Origin: Negaprion brevirostris
Taxonomy: Eukaryota
Assembly: GCA_030324005.1 (NCBI GenBank)
Contig: JARDVH010000059.1
Coordinates: 61,396,053 to 61,460,052, forward strand
DNA length: 64,000 nt
Direction of reading: 5' to 3'
Shown here: piece by piece, positions 26,031 through 39,123 of the stretch
Numbering within the stretch: position 1 is the first letter of the stretch
How the letters are laid out: the number at the start of each line of letters is the position of its first letter
Notes under the pieces: generated by a model
Told to the model about the DNA's origin: nothing
The model's input: only the letters and a program-made list of their open reading frames with translations
Database searches by the model: none
Made by a program: the position numbers and the translations under genes

Positions 26031-27271
26031 GCATTTTAAAATGCCACATTCCACCAAATGCACCACTAACTTTACACAATTAATCTACACATCCCCATCA
26101 CTCAGTTACCAACCATATCTATCAATCACGACTCCTACCTTAAATTCATAATTTCACCTCACCTGCACAAATGTGGCACTCCTATAAACCTCACACCCAC
26201 AATTCACAGCTTGCACATACTGTTGCTATTCAAGCATGACAAGCAAACCACTCAGATACATTGCATCATACTTGTGCACAGGAGTCATGAGTCAAATGGT
26301 CAGCAGGTAGCCCTACTACCAGTAACTACTCTTACATGGTAGCTCAACTGCTGATGCTACAGTGAACTGGTGAAGAATAAAGGCATAATGACAGCTGTCA
26401 ATATACCTTACTAACCGGCATGATACATGGAGCACAGTAGATTGCAGATTGAAGGAATGGAACCCTCTGCATTTAGATGAAATTAGATCAGTGTCTGCAA
26501 AATAACATGAATGTAATCAATGCTTGCACCTTGAGGAAGCTTACAATAATGAAGACACTATGTATATGTTCCCTCTGGAGACAGAGAGAGAAGACAATGT
26601 GTTTACACACAGCACATCAGTCACCTCCTTTACAACAGTGGACCACAAATTGCAAGATGCTATGACCCTACTCCAGCCAGGAATGAGCTTGACACAAAAA
26701 GTTCATGGTCATGGCTTCCTTCACAGCTGTTGACAATGATATCCCTCACCCTGCTATCAGGCTGCAGGTCAGCCTGCAATATACGATAAGGTTCAGCAAA
26801 CAGAAGGGTCTAACTCATTGCTCCTCACAAAGGTTCGATTTACGCAGTGAATGTCCTTGGCAGATAACCCTCCTGCTGACAGCCCTTCTCCCTCTTCTCC
26901 CCTGTCTTCTTGAAACAACTTGCCCTCCTCTGTATTGCCGCTGCTCATTCCCTCTGACATTGTGCAGGCTATGGGGAATAGAAACTACAGCACCTAAGAT
27001 CGGGTCAATGAGCAGAACTCTTGAAGTTATTACCAAGATCTTTATCACTCCCTATAGACATCACCAACTTTACATGACATTGCAAACCACAAAATGCTTC
27101 TCCTAAATCAACAGCAGTCAGTAGAAATCAATCAGCAATTAACCTAACAGTAGCTGATGATCCCTTTAAATGGCACAGGTGGAAGGCCTTCCTACTGCTG
27201 AAGTTATGTTTAGCTGTGTGTGATTTAGAGAGGATATTAGTTGGAACACTGCAATCAAAAATAGCATCAAT

Positions 27272-27410
27272 AGGTGCATTGGCCATGCTAAATTCTCCCT
27301 CAGTGTACCCAAACAGGTGCTGGAGTGAGAGGCTAGAGGATTTTCACAGTAACTTTATTTCATTGTTAAGGTAAACCTACTTGTGACTAATAAATAAACT
27401 TTAAACTTTA
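27272..27410 (+). mobile_element. HE1-type SINE 3' half
   Basis: GGTGCATTGGCCATGCTAAATTCTCCCTCAGTGTACCC..AATAAATAAACTTTAAACTTT. Confidence 0.85.
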
Positions 27411-28897
27411 GTGTTGAATCAGTGTGACATGTTGACTCACTTCATGATTTGCCTACTCTGCATTTTTTTTTGTGCGCATCTGGTACCAGGATGACCAACC
27501 TATCAAAAATGATACCCAGCGGAGCTCAAACAAGAAGTCTGTGAACGTGTCATGGATGGCATTTTAATGCAAAATAACCCACATAATGCCAAAAGTGTGG
27601 GCACTACAGAGCCAAATTTCCTTGCCTTTGTGTTTAGTTTATTTGTTGTAGGGAGACTATTAAAGACTTACTGTTTAGACCTAAATGGAGGAAAGCTTTC
27701 CTTAAAAAATCTGAAACTGGAAAATGGAGCAAATATTTTTAGAACCATAAAAGACTAATTGCCAGTCATTCTCATGGCATACAATTTGAAAAAAGCAAAT
27801 GTTAATACAGATCAGTATGGGATTCTGAAGAATGCAGTAAGGCATATATCGCTAGCCAATGTTAAGTTTAATGTTGCACTTTTGTTCAATTTTATCTACA
27901 TATATCAACAATTTTGGCTTCTACAACAGCAGACTGGTTACTTACTTTGTGATTTTAAGAATACAATCAATTTTAATGCAGTTGGGCTAATTGTTATATT
28001 CAGGCCACAAGAATTGAACTCCTACAGGGCACTTTATGATCATGGGGAGGACGATTTATCTTGGCAAGCACTCTCCAATTATTGGAACTGAAGATAGATG
28101 TTAAAAGCCTAAATGGTTGCAAACTAGACAATGCAGGTTGCATATCCTTTTTATGAGGTTATCTCTTATTGGTTCCTGTAATTTGAGACATTTATTTCTT
28201 ACTTATAATAACCTGTGTGATATGGAGTGTTGTAACATTTACAATGGATAAAAGAGGCACAACACTTGTACACACACTTGTTTCATTTATCTATTTTAAT
28301 TGAATTTGAAATTATGCCTTTTAAAATAATTACTACTCCCAAAAAAGTTTTTAACTTTACCCCATCAATATTTTGAATAAGCTTTAGATTAGGTACTTTT
28401 ATACTTAAGTTTTCAAACCTTGCTCTATAAGGTACTTGCAGTATCAGGTATATTTCCTCCAAGCCACAACATAAAGCCCTTTAAATTGTACTGTCTTGGT
28501 GATTTAGTTTGAAAGAAATGCTGTATAAAACTCCATAAGTAGTAGGCAAATACTGAAGTATGAGTGCACTTCATTACAAGTCAACTAGTGCTTCATCTAT
28601 TTATTGAAAATGTATAACTACGACTTCTCATGCACAATCTTGGAAATACCAGTAATTTATGTAATGTAACACATATGGTGAGAAGAAGAAATGGCATAAA
28701 TTTTGAAAATGGAAACAGCTGGCAGTAAACAAGCCATAAACTGAATGATATGCAATGATCTCTCCCAAAATTGAATTTGCATAGTTTACAAAAAGTAATA
28801 TCACAGCCAACATCATTAATCTATTATAGCAATGCAGACGATGCAGCAAATACAACAGTTCTGCCCGAGTAGCCACCCATACAAAATAACAACTTAC

Positions 28898-28909
28898 AAT
28901 TTTTCTCAA
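28898..28909 (-). other. Candidate 12-nt microexon TTGAGAAAAATT
   Basis: Minus strand reads ggttttctttccag|TTGAGAAAAATT|gtaagt; frame-preserving; TE-free surroundings. Confidence 0.4.
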
Positions 28910-29208
28910 CTGGAAAGAAAACCATAATGAATTTTAATATAAACAGTGTCTGACTGGCATCTTATATCTTTCTTGCAGTTATTTGCAACTAAGGATCAAT
29001 TTGTTGTAGATTGTAAAATTTTACCTTAGTTTTTTTTCTGCCTCAAAGGTTCATTTTACTCACATTGTTATGCATTGATGTTTCGATACTTTGTAAGCCA
29101 TTGACTTTATATTTGTTTCTTATTTTTCTTAGCTGCAAAACGTTTAAACAGTAAAGGTACAATTCTGACTGTCACCTTATTTGTAAACTAATCATATTCT
29201 ACACTTAC

Positions 29209-29217
29209 CCATGATTT
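29209..29217 (-). other. Candidate 9-nt microexon AAATCATGG with non-canonical TG acceptor
   Basis: Minus strand reads ttttgtttctctttgtgtctttttttg|AAATCATGG|gtaagt. Confidence 0.3.
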
Positions 29218-29995
29218 CAAAAAAAGACACAAAGAGAAACAAAAGTATTGACTTAGAAAACTGTTACCTAAGTTTTAAACTACAGCAAAGCAAATGCTAG
29301 AGGTGCTAAATTACATAATTTGAATACATTTCTATCTTTAAATGAACCTATGATATAAACAGAATTAAGTAATTTTAATAAACATTTCCAGTGACGCAAT
29401 GCTTAGTAATTATAAATGAATGTGTCACATCAACAGAGCAAGCAATGAATGACATTAACCGGCCCACTTGTATTTTTCCCTTACATGACAGTGCTGTTGT
29501 GCACTCGGCTCAGTTTCTGTCTCTTCAATAAAAGACTGTCCAGTTGCTCAGAAATAAGCTTCAGTGAGCTTGAATACATGAATAGTAATTCTATTTATAT
29601 GCAATCTCTCAGTGTTTGTGCCTTTTATTATGCTAACGGCTAAATACTCAAATGGCGGGGCAGGGTGGGGGGGGGGGGCGGTAGAAAACATTTCTTTGCA
29701 AAGAACAAAAGTTGAAAGTTAGGCTGCAGTTCCACCACCACTTTTGGCATGGAAGTTTCCAGCTTACACACTGATCTGAAAGTGGCAGGATAACCGGGGT
29801 CCTGAATCCTGATCAGATTGGAAGTAATTGGTCTGGCATCTCATACGGGAGCCATCCCACATCGAACTGAGTTCTTGTTTGTCCCACGTGTAGGGACCGT
29901 GATTGGACTTAATTAGAATTTTTTAAAATTAGAATTAAAGTATGGAAAGGTATCAAAAAAAGGTTGTTCTCCCAGGATGAGGAAGCCAATGATTT

Positions 29996-30292
29996 CTAAA
30001 GTTAAAGTTTATTTATTAGTGTCACAAATAGGCTTACATTAGCACTGCAATGAAGTTACTGAGAAAATCCCCTAGTCACCACACCCTGGCACCTGTTTGG
30101 GTACACTAAGGGAGAATTTAGCATGGCCAATGCATCTAACCAGCATGTCTTTCGGAAAGTGAAGCATCCGGAGGAAACCCATGCAGACACGTGGACAACA
30201 TACAGACTCCACAAAGACAGTGACCCAAGCTGGGAATCGAACCCGGGTGCCTGAAGCTGTGAAGCAGCAGTGCTAACCACTGCTCCACCCCG
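29996..30292 (-). mobile_element. HE1-type SINE
   Basis: Full reversed tail, body and tRNA head (GGGAATCGAACCCGGG is the reversed B box). Confidence 0.92.
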
Positions 30293-30318
30293 AGGCTTAA
30301 TCTGATACAATTTTTAAA

Positions 30319-30520
30319 GCCGTCTCAGCCATTTGGCTAAAATTAAGCATTAGATCAAGCCTGGGAAGGGGTGCAATGCTTCATCATGTTAGCTTCGATC
30401 TTGTTTGATTGAGCTCAAGATGGGATGCAATGTCTTGGCTTGTCAGCTTGGGTCTGGCTTGTCCCTCATGTGGGACCATGATTGAACTTAATTTAAATAC
30501 CCTTTTGGATTAGAATTAAA
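30319..30520 (+). mobile_element. U2 snRNA 5'-headed chimeric element
   Basis: 30323-30347 matches U2 TCTCGGCCTTTTGGCTAAGATCAAG at 21/25, then non-U2 sequence whose 3' part recurs at ~29870-29940. Confidence 0.55.
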
Positions 30521-31187
30521 ACCCCAAAGGAATGAAGCTTGCACAGTTTACAGTATAATTCCAGTTCCGTGCATAATCGTGTTTTCAATGTCCCTAGACA
30601 GAATTTTAGACTGCCCCGTTGCTGCAACTGGGAACTTTTTAAAACTTTGAATGGAGTTTTTTTTGCTATCAGAAAATTGAATGGATGACTGCTCTTTGAA
30701 CATTATAAATCAGCTGCCTACCGGGTGGAGCCCCTTTGTGGCTGACCTTAATATGACCTGGGAGATATGAAGTTCCGCTCTATTAGCAGTGCATCACACT
30801 GTAGTATTACCGCAATCTTATTTCTGCACTACTTCTATTTTGAAAGAGATCTCAAAAAGAGTCTCAGTGTGATAGGGGCTTCCTCTAAAGTTTCAGTGTG
30901 TTTGAAGAAGCTCAGTCATTATTTTAGGAAACAGGCTTAAGGAAAGCGCAATGCAGGAGTATTTACATCAATCCACCAGTCTCCAGATTGCAGTCTCACT
31001 GAGTGATAGTTTTTTTGCTGAATTCCAAATGTAGATTATATGAAAAATTACATTTCTTGCAGTACATTGCATAACAGGTCCCCTGTTTCATCAGTTGGCC
31101 ATTACCAGCGCGCTAGAGATGGAGAGCATGGCAAAGTGTGCACAAGGTAAAGGTAGCCCATGGAATGTTGCAATGGCATGAGATAGT

Positions 31188-32005
31188 AATCATAGAATCA
31201 TACAGTGCAGAAGAGGCCCTTTAGTCCATCAAGTCTGCACCAACACATTAGGAACACTTGAATTCCCACCCAATCCCATCTGCAAGCACTTGGCCCATAG
31301 CCTTGAATGTTATGATGTGCCAAGTGCTCATCCAGATACTTCTTAAAGAATGTGAGGCAACTTGCCTCTACCACCTTCCCAGGTAGTGCATCCCAGATAG
31401 TCACCACACTCTGGATAAAAAAGTTTTCACATCCTTCCTAAACCTCCTACCCTTCACTTTGAACCTATGTCCCCTCGTGACTGACCCTTCGATGAAGGGG
31501 AACAGCTGCTCCTTATCCACTCTGTCCATGTCCCTCAATGAAAGGCATGAAGACTGTCTCTCTATGCTCTGTTTCCTATTAGTCAATCAATCCTCTGTCT
31601 ATGCTAATATGTTTGCCCCTACATCATGAACCATTATTTTGTGCAGTAACATTTGATGTGGCAACTTATCAAATATCTTTTCAAAATCTGAGTACACCAT
31701 ACTCACAGGTTCCCCTGTATCCACCTTGATTGTTACTTCCTCAAAGAATTCTAATAAATTCTTCAAATGTGATTTCCCTTTCACAAAGTCATGTTGGCTT
31801 TGTCTAATTGTATTATGACTTTCTAAATACCCTGCTATTAGCTCCTCAATACGGAACACTTTCCCTGTGATAAATTTCAGGCTAACAGCATTTAGCTTCA
31901 AGCTTTCTTTCTCCCTTATTTCTTGAAAAAAGTTCTTCTATTTTCTCTTCCCAATCTGCTGGGATGTTACCAGAATCTAGGAAATTTCACAGCATAACCA
32001 ATGAA
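31188..32005 (-). mobile_element. CR1/HER1-like LINE fragments
   Basis: IRQSQHDFVKGKSHLKNLLEFFEEV..VYSDFEKIFDKLPH; TRGHRFKVKG; WDALPGKVVEA; tail ATCATAGAATCAT. Confidence 0.92.
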
Positions 32006-33959
32006 TGATTTTCCTCAGTGGATGAAATATGATCAATATTTTCTTTTGCCATTCCTCTCTTGAAAGTCAGGTTTTGCAGAAGCATAGTACACCACAATGA
32101 TATGTGAGATCCTTTATAGGGTGCATTGCAGGACTCCTCCAAATCTATTCCAGCTTCTGAAACTCAATTTCAAAAGGCCTGGTCAGTGTAATGCTATACC
32201 TTGTAGTCACATGGCAATAGATATGACTTTCCTCTGTCTCTGTGTTGAAGTTCCACATAGAGGTACACAGTAATGTCTTTAGGTATCTTGCTGTNNNNNN
32301 NNNNGGAGCCTTGATGGCTTCATGCATGCAATCAATTACCTAACAAAGTCTGCATGGCCCTGCATCCAATTGCCCTACCTGCCTGACTGGACTGAACAAT
32401 AATTGGTGCATTTTCCTGTCCTCAACCCCTGCCCAGATGCAATCCTCAGAGACACTGGCACCTCCTTGGGACTCAGCCTCTGTCCATCAACCCTGTCAGG
32501 TTAGTAGCATCTTCTGCCAACACTAGTTTGCATTACTGGTTCCATGCATGCTCTTCATCTGTGACCCTAACAACCTCACGAGGCTGGTGCTTCTCAAGCT
32601 GTTGCAGCCCCTCTCCATGTGGCTGAATGCATCTCTTCACCCCATTATCCTCCTCACTGGAGGACTCAAGTTCTGAGTGCAGAGCACCCAATGTGATTCA
32701 GAGCCTTCGCAGCTCAATGACTCTAAATCCCCGTCTACTGCCTGCACTAGCTGATATGCATTTCATTACAACACAGTGCATCTATTTTAAGTATACCCTT
32801 CCAAGACACTCTTCCAGTATGTGCCCCCTGATATAAGCTCACATTGTACTGTCCTGCAACTTTTCAATCCTTTGTTTAGCTGTAACTCAGCCTTTTGTGT
32901 TTGACAACTTGGCTCTATCCGGTGGCTGCCACTTCCAACCAACACATCATCTGCTGCTGCTGAACTCACAATTCCTCTGAGCATGGGGAGCTACTGACAC
33001 TCTGTGGAAACTCAGGAAAAATTAAAAATCTACTTTAGAGCCATTGTCAATCCCCTGCTGAACTCCTGTGCCTGCTTGCTGCCATCCTGTGCCTTGCCAA
33101 TCCTACTGCCCAACCATTCTGTGGAAATTTCCACAGAAGGTTCCACTCAGACACGTTCCCCTATCTCCAAGCATGTCACCATGGCACCAGTGAAACTTTG
33201 CCAAATTAATGTCTCAAGCTTGAAGGATGATGAAATAAACTTTTGTTAAAAGCACTTTGAAACTGAGTGTAAATCTAGCAGAGAAGCTTTCTGTTGTTAA
33301 AAAATGCATTTTTAAAGTTTTAATAGCTCTACAATTTCAAGTAATGAGATTACTTTTGACAGTTTAATGACTTTTAATATACATGCCTGATTTGCATATG
33401 TCACCTCAATGGTTTCAGTGAGTTTTCTGTTTTGAGTCAGTCAACACACTTTAAATAACAGTTAATTATTTTGCTGATATTGATACAGGGTATTTGCAAA
33501 GTCAAACCCATTACTTTACACCATCATTTACTGTGAGGAAACTGGAAAGTCACTCCTTCATTTTCAATCTTCACTTATCTTGAAGGTGCTGGGAAAAGAT
33601 CACCCGGGTGAGATCGCCTAGCTCACTACAACGTAGAGATTAAACCTGAGATGTTTATGAGCTGAATTGCTGAGTTATTACCTCACTAAAGCTGCAGGGG
33701 AATTCCAATTTAGTCCAAGCAATGAAATTATTATTGAATCTCTATCCAAAATGCTATTCTGTTTTCTGATGGTGCTGGATTCGTGACCTTCCCGATTTAC
33801 AGACTTGATTACATTTTTAAATTAGTTTGCTGATAGAAAAAATGAGGCAACAACAATATTGGCTGAACCTTAAATGGAAAAATGATGACGTACACGCTGT
33901 TCTATTTCCTAATAAAGGAAAATACAATTACAAGCAAATTGGCAGAGTGTAGAATCACA

Positions 33960-34563
33960 AGCAGAATTCAATACCCACCCTCATGATGAGTTTGATGATG
34001 TGCAAATAGTACTTAATCAGGTAGGAGGGTAACAATTGGGCAATCCGCTCCCTCCGTGTCTCCATCCTGAATCAGTTCATGATAGGAAGGCCTATGGATA
34101 GCCTTCCCACCTTGCAGCCAATTGGGCGGAGGGGCACCTAATTGCCTGATTGAAGGACCCAGCATCAGGAACTGGGAGGGGGTTTGCTGCTGAGAGCAGG
34201 CACCCTGCCCTTGTTGCTGACTTACCTCCCCACCTGCCCTGTAATCCCCACCTTGCTAAACTTCTCCCACCTACACCTCTGTCTTGGGATGCAGCAGGGA
34301 TTCTCGACCTTTGGTAATGCTATACTGTCTCAGAGGGGCGCTGCTGTTCAATAGAGGTGCCAGCCTCTGATTGGCTAGCAACTCTAGGCAGGCCAGACTG
34401 CTGCCCCTAAGAGTCCTTGACCTGAGGGAAGGTTGCCATTGTCCAGTTCAGTGACTGAGGGGCACTTAACACAACAGGGCTTTCTCTAGAGATGGCTGCA
34501 TGGGTTTTCGCCAGCTCTCCAGCCAATGGGCAAGACCCCAGTCACATCCATTTAATACTGCCC
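33960..34563. mobile_element. Harbinger-like MITE
   Basis: Ends GCAGAATTCAAT / TTTAATACTGCCC; body related to 48235-49278. Confidence 0.6.
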
Positions 34564-36652
34564 TATGTGTCTTGAATGAAATGTAATAAACATCTACCTA
34601 CATATAAGTAAAGATACATTGCTGGAAAGGGAGTACTTCTTCTTAATCATAACTTTTTGCTTAATTTTATACTGGAAATCATTGGGCACTAAAGAAAAGA
34701 AACTGGTTACTCATCCTTCATACATCGTATGATGAAATTTTATATGACTTCAGATATTCATAGCATTGGTAACCACCCAAGAACAGTGCCCTTCCTGGGT
34801 CTTCTTGGTAAAACCAAATTAATCTTCACCATAACAATCAAATTTGATTAAAATGTGAACTCTTTCCAATATAGCTGTTGTACATGCATCTACATTGAAC
34901 TACTTGGAACTAGTAGGTATAAATTCCTGTTGAATCACTTTGTCAGGATATCATTCTCTTCAAACATACAGCATTGCAAGATAAAGCCTTCTAGCCAATG
35001 GTTAATTATTTGTTTAGCAACAGCAATAACTACGATTTAGCACAATGGGATGTAAAAAAATCAAGGCAGATATAGTTGTGTCCCCTTAGCGCAAACAATT
35101 TGGCCATCAATATGCTGCAACTTAATTTTCATCTTGGATTTATTTTTGGCAAGTTTAAAAGAAAACTAAATTCTTATTTCTTGTTCAAGCTAAAACTCAT
35201 ATCTTTAGCAGTCATTTTATATTGTGGATTAGGCTCTAGAGCAACCCACTCACTCGCCCGATTAGAAATCAGCGACATTTTTCAAGAAAAATGTTTCCAA
35301 CCAGCAGTTACTACCATTTCAAAAGGAGGCTGCAGTATTGAAATTAAACGGTGCTATCAATTTGCAGGGTTTGAACCTTTTAGGTTGCTTTTGTACACGT
35401 GGACACAGGCAGTTGCCTTTTCAGTGAATCATCTCAAGACAGCCAAGGAAGTGAAAAGCTCATGTTGAAGGAACATTTACTCTATTGGATCTAATAACAC
35501 TGAGCTACATTTCTTCATCAAAAATACATTACACTTGCTCAATTATGAAAATCATCAAATGCTTTTTAAGCTGTACCTATCATTAACATCACAAACCAAA
35601 TCTTCCTTTGCTTTGATAGTTGGCTGTTCATTTTTGCAGATTGTTAGTCTGAATTGGTTTTATTTAGGTTAGACAAACTTTGCTGAAAAAAGAATAATTT
35701 GATGACTGTGCTGATGAGACCAATGTGAGAGGCAAAAATCTGTGCCAGTTTGGTCTAACTGCATTCAGTAGGCTGCTGTGATTTTTTCCCGTTGGTACTT
35801 CATCAAGAGATCGTACCAGTTGACACCGACATGTATCACGCTGCTCACAAGCTTGTCGGATCAGCTGCAAGATTTATTCAGTGTCTTTACAGTCCTCTTT
35901 GCTTCATTGATCCATCTGGCTTACTGCATGAGGACTTCCCTTCATTTTGGACAATGTACGCTAACCAAAGTTGCACTCTTAAAATGACAGCTTGAATGCT
36001 GAGATCTTGGTATGCTCACCACTCAAGCCTTAGATTTTGGGCGGCACAGTTAACATTGGTTTGTTGCTTTCCATACTTAACCATCATTCATAGTTAACCA
36101 TACTTCATGCAACTTGCCAGGTGTAGGAGCTACTGGAATGCACAGACAACAAATTGCATTTTCCTCTCTATTTGTGGCATCTATTGACAGAAAGAATGAG
36201 TGGCCTAGACTACAAATTTATAATACAGAGAGCTGTCAAACTATGTTGAGCTTTTACTTACATTTTGTTGTGTGGGCTTACATTGAGGGTCTGGCTTAAA
36301 AAAGCTTTAATGAAAATCAAGGTCAGAGATAGGATAACCATTATGTTCTTCCTGAGACTTTGCCTACTTTTCAAAGTCTTAACTAGAAGCTACTGCCTTG
36401 CAGAGTGCTTAGAAAAATAAGGTGCCAGGTAGTGAGTTTGATTTTCTTTTCAGGTTCTACTATGGTCAGAGTGGAAATAAAAAGAAAGAAGCCATAAGTT
36501 TCTATTAGTGTCCCAGTTGGGATTACCAGTGCATTATTGAAGGATTTTAGGAGAGTGCATGCCTCCCTTTATTGGAAAAGGCTTTTTTTAAAACTCTAGT
36601 TCAAGTTCTTTTACTTTGAAGTCTTGGCAATGGCCAACATGGGCTTTATAAT

Positions 36653-36952
36653 CTTTAAGTTTATTTATTGGTGTCACAAGTAAGGCTTACATTAACACTG
36701 CAATGAAATTACTGTGAAAACCCTCTTGTCTCCTCATTCCAGTGCCTGTTTGGGTACACTGAGGGAGAAGTTAGTGTGGCCAATGCACCTAACCTTAGTC
36801 TTTTGACTGTGGGAGGAGACTGGAACACCCGGAGGAAAGCCACACAGACATGGGCAGAAACTGCAAACTCCACGCTGTGACCCAAGCCCAGAATCAAACA
36901 CTGATCCCTGGAACTGTGAGGCAGCAGTGCTAACCACTGTGCCATCACGCCA
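36653..36952 (-). mobile_element. HE1-type SINE
   Basis: Same reversed tail, body and head as 29996-30292. Confidence 0.9.
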
Positions 36953-37496
36953 TCCCACTAATCTAAAAACAACTTTTGTGTTACCTAGAGCCTTCAGGCC
37001 TATGATGAAAAGGCTTTTCTGCACTCACATTTGGGAAGAGACCAAGGCCTCAATTATCCCAAATGAAGTCTAACAGCTGCAACGAGCAAAAAAAAATTGG
37101 TCCATTTCCTGTTAGCATTGGCAATACTACTGAGATTGGATTCAACAACGTTAAAAGTGAAAAAACTGTCTCTGCCTGAATCCCGTCGGGCCAAACAAGT
37201 GTGTGAAGTCCCGAATCAGTGATCAGCTATTCAGTTGACTTTCAAGAACAGTTCCATCTCTTCCTTCTTTGAAAATAACTGAAGGAAGAATAATACAGTG
37301 GAGCAAGCATTTGATCTTAGACCTTTTACAAAACCAATCTTTGTGATTTATAACTGTGGATTACTTCTAACAGTCTCAACTGCAACAGTATCCCAGAAAA
37401 AAAATCATTGAAACCAGTCACTGAATTGTTCCCCAAAAACTTAGTTCATTGCAAAACTAAGTAAGCATCACACACAATGTCAATTTAAAATATGTG

Positions 37497-37800
37497 ACAT
37501 AGAACCGTAGAATCCCCACAGTACAGAAGGAGGCTATTTGGCCAATTGAGCCTGCACTGACCACAATCCCACACAGGCTCTATCCTCATAACCGCATGTA
37601 GTTACCCTGCTAATCTCCCTGACACAAAGTGGTAATTTAGCATGGCCAATCCATCTAACCCACACATCTTTGGAGTGTGGGAGGAAACTGGAGCACCTGG
37701 AGAAACTCCACGGGGAGAATGAGCAAACACCACACAGTCACCTAAGTCCGGAATTGATCCCGGGTCCCTGGCACTATGGGGCAGCAGTGCTAACCATTGT
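37497..37800 (-). mobile_element. HE1 SINE with HER1/CR1-derived tail
   Basis: Reversed CR1-like tail ATAGAACCGTAGAATCCCCACAGTACAGAAGGAGGC plus body and head. Confidence 0.9.
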
Positions 37801-37921
37801 ATCAACAATGGACTGTTTAATCTGTGCTGGAGCTGTTAGTCAGAAAAGTCTCAGCAGCTCATGGACCATCAATTCCTTGTGTACAATTCCTTCTTGGATC
37901 TGCCCTGGAGCTGTCAATCAA

Positions 37922-38066
37922 GATGCCGGCGTTGGACTGTGGTAAACACAGTAAGAAGTCTCAAAACACCAGATTAAAGTCCAACAGGTTTATTTTTCCA
38001 AAAGCTAGTGACGTTGGCTACAAATAAACCTGTTGGACTTTAACTTGGTGCTGTGAGACTTCTTAC
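37922..38066. mobile_element. Fold-back Penelope-like pLTR mini-element, family B, perfect 12-bp TSD
   Basis: GCTGTCAATCAA at 37910-37921 and 38067-38078; inverted arms GTAAGAAGTCTCA..AGGTTTATTT / AAATAAACCT..TGAGACTTCTTAC. Confidence 0.85.
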
Positions 38067-39123
38067 GCTGTCAATCAAAACAGTTCTGAGAGCTTTCAGT
38101 GCTAGAAAGGAGAATCTCCTGAGTGAAATTGAATGCTCCTATCCATCAAAGTATTTCAAAGACGTTTCAGAGCAGCTCGGCCTTATGAGAGAAAGCAAGG
38201 GGATATCTCTGGAGAAACTGATAGATCCTGTCACTCAAAGCACTTCAAAGAGGTTTGTAACACCTGAAGCTTCTAAAATCAACCAAAGGCAATCCCTACT
38301 ATAGAATGCTGCNNNNNNNNNNTTCAAAGGTTTTACGGACAACAATAAAGATCTTTAGCAGAAAGGTGCCTGAAATATCCATCCTAACAATGTTTTCCAG
38401 GCAACAGGAAGTCCAGCCATGAGAGCCCCATCCTTTGGGAAAGGCCTGAAGTCCACCGTTCACCTTAACCTGAGCCCCATCCCAACCCCCCCAACAACGT
38501 GGTCTCGACAGTTTCCCCCTCTGCAGCCTGGCAGCGGCAGAGAAGCCCATGGACACAGTGCAGGCAGTACTCACCTCCTTACCCCCTCCACCACCCTCCC
38601 CGCCTTCAGAGTCCATGGCGCCTGGTCCCCGATTGTCAGGACCAGGAGACATTGGCACCATGGGACCATACTGGGTGGCTGGACCAAATGTCATTGTCCA
38701 TAATGACATTCACATTTAAATCAGTTATGATCAGGTTCTCACCCGCTCTGGGTGAGAACCTGACTGGGGCCAGGCACAATGGCTGGGAGAATCACAATGG
38801 GTGCGACGTCCACCAAGAATCCTGACCTGGCCCTCTCGCCTGACTCAATGGGTCACACATATTGCAGTTGGCACTAGCAACCTTGGAGAATCCACCCCTA
38901 ACCCCCAACTAACACCCCCCCCACCGTCCCCCCAAAATCCAATTGATATTAATGACAAGGAAAAAAGGACTAAAGACAGGCACATGGGTCACTCTTAGAT
39001 GTTAAATAATATTATAAGATCAGTTGAATCTAGCCATTAGCACCTCTTAGTTGGATATTTGTCTCCCTGTGGTGTAACAGTCAAATTACTATACAAATAG
39101 TGTATGACTTAATTAAAAACAGA

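Noticed and set aside
29654-29681. G-run with G-quadruplex potential
   Set aside because: Simple low-complexity tract at an element edge; no functional evidence.
35664-35995. Coding-looking unique sequence with overlapping short ORFs
   Set aside because: No recognisable domain or convincing splice sites.
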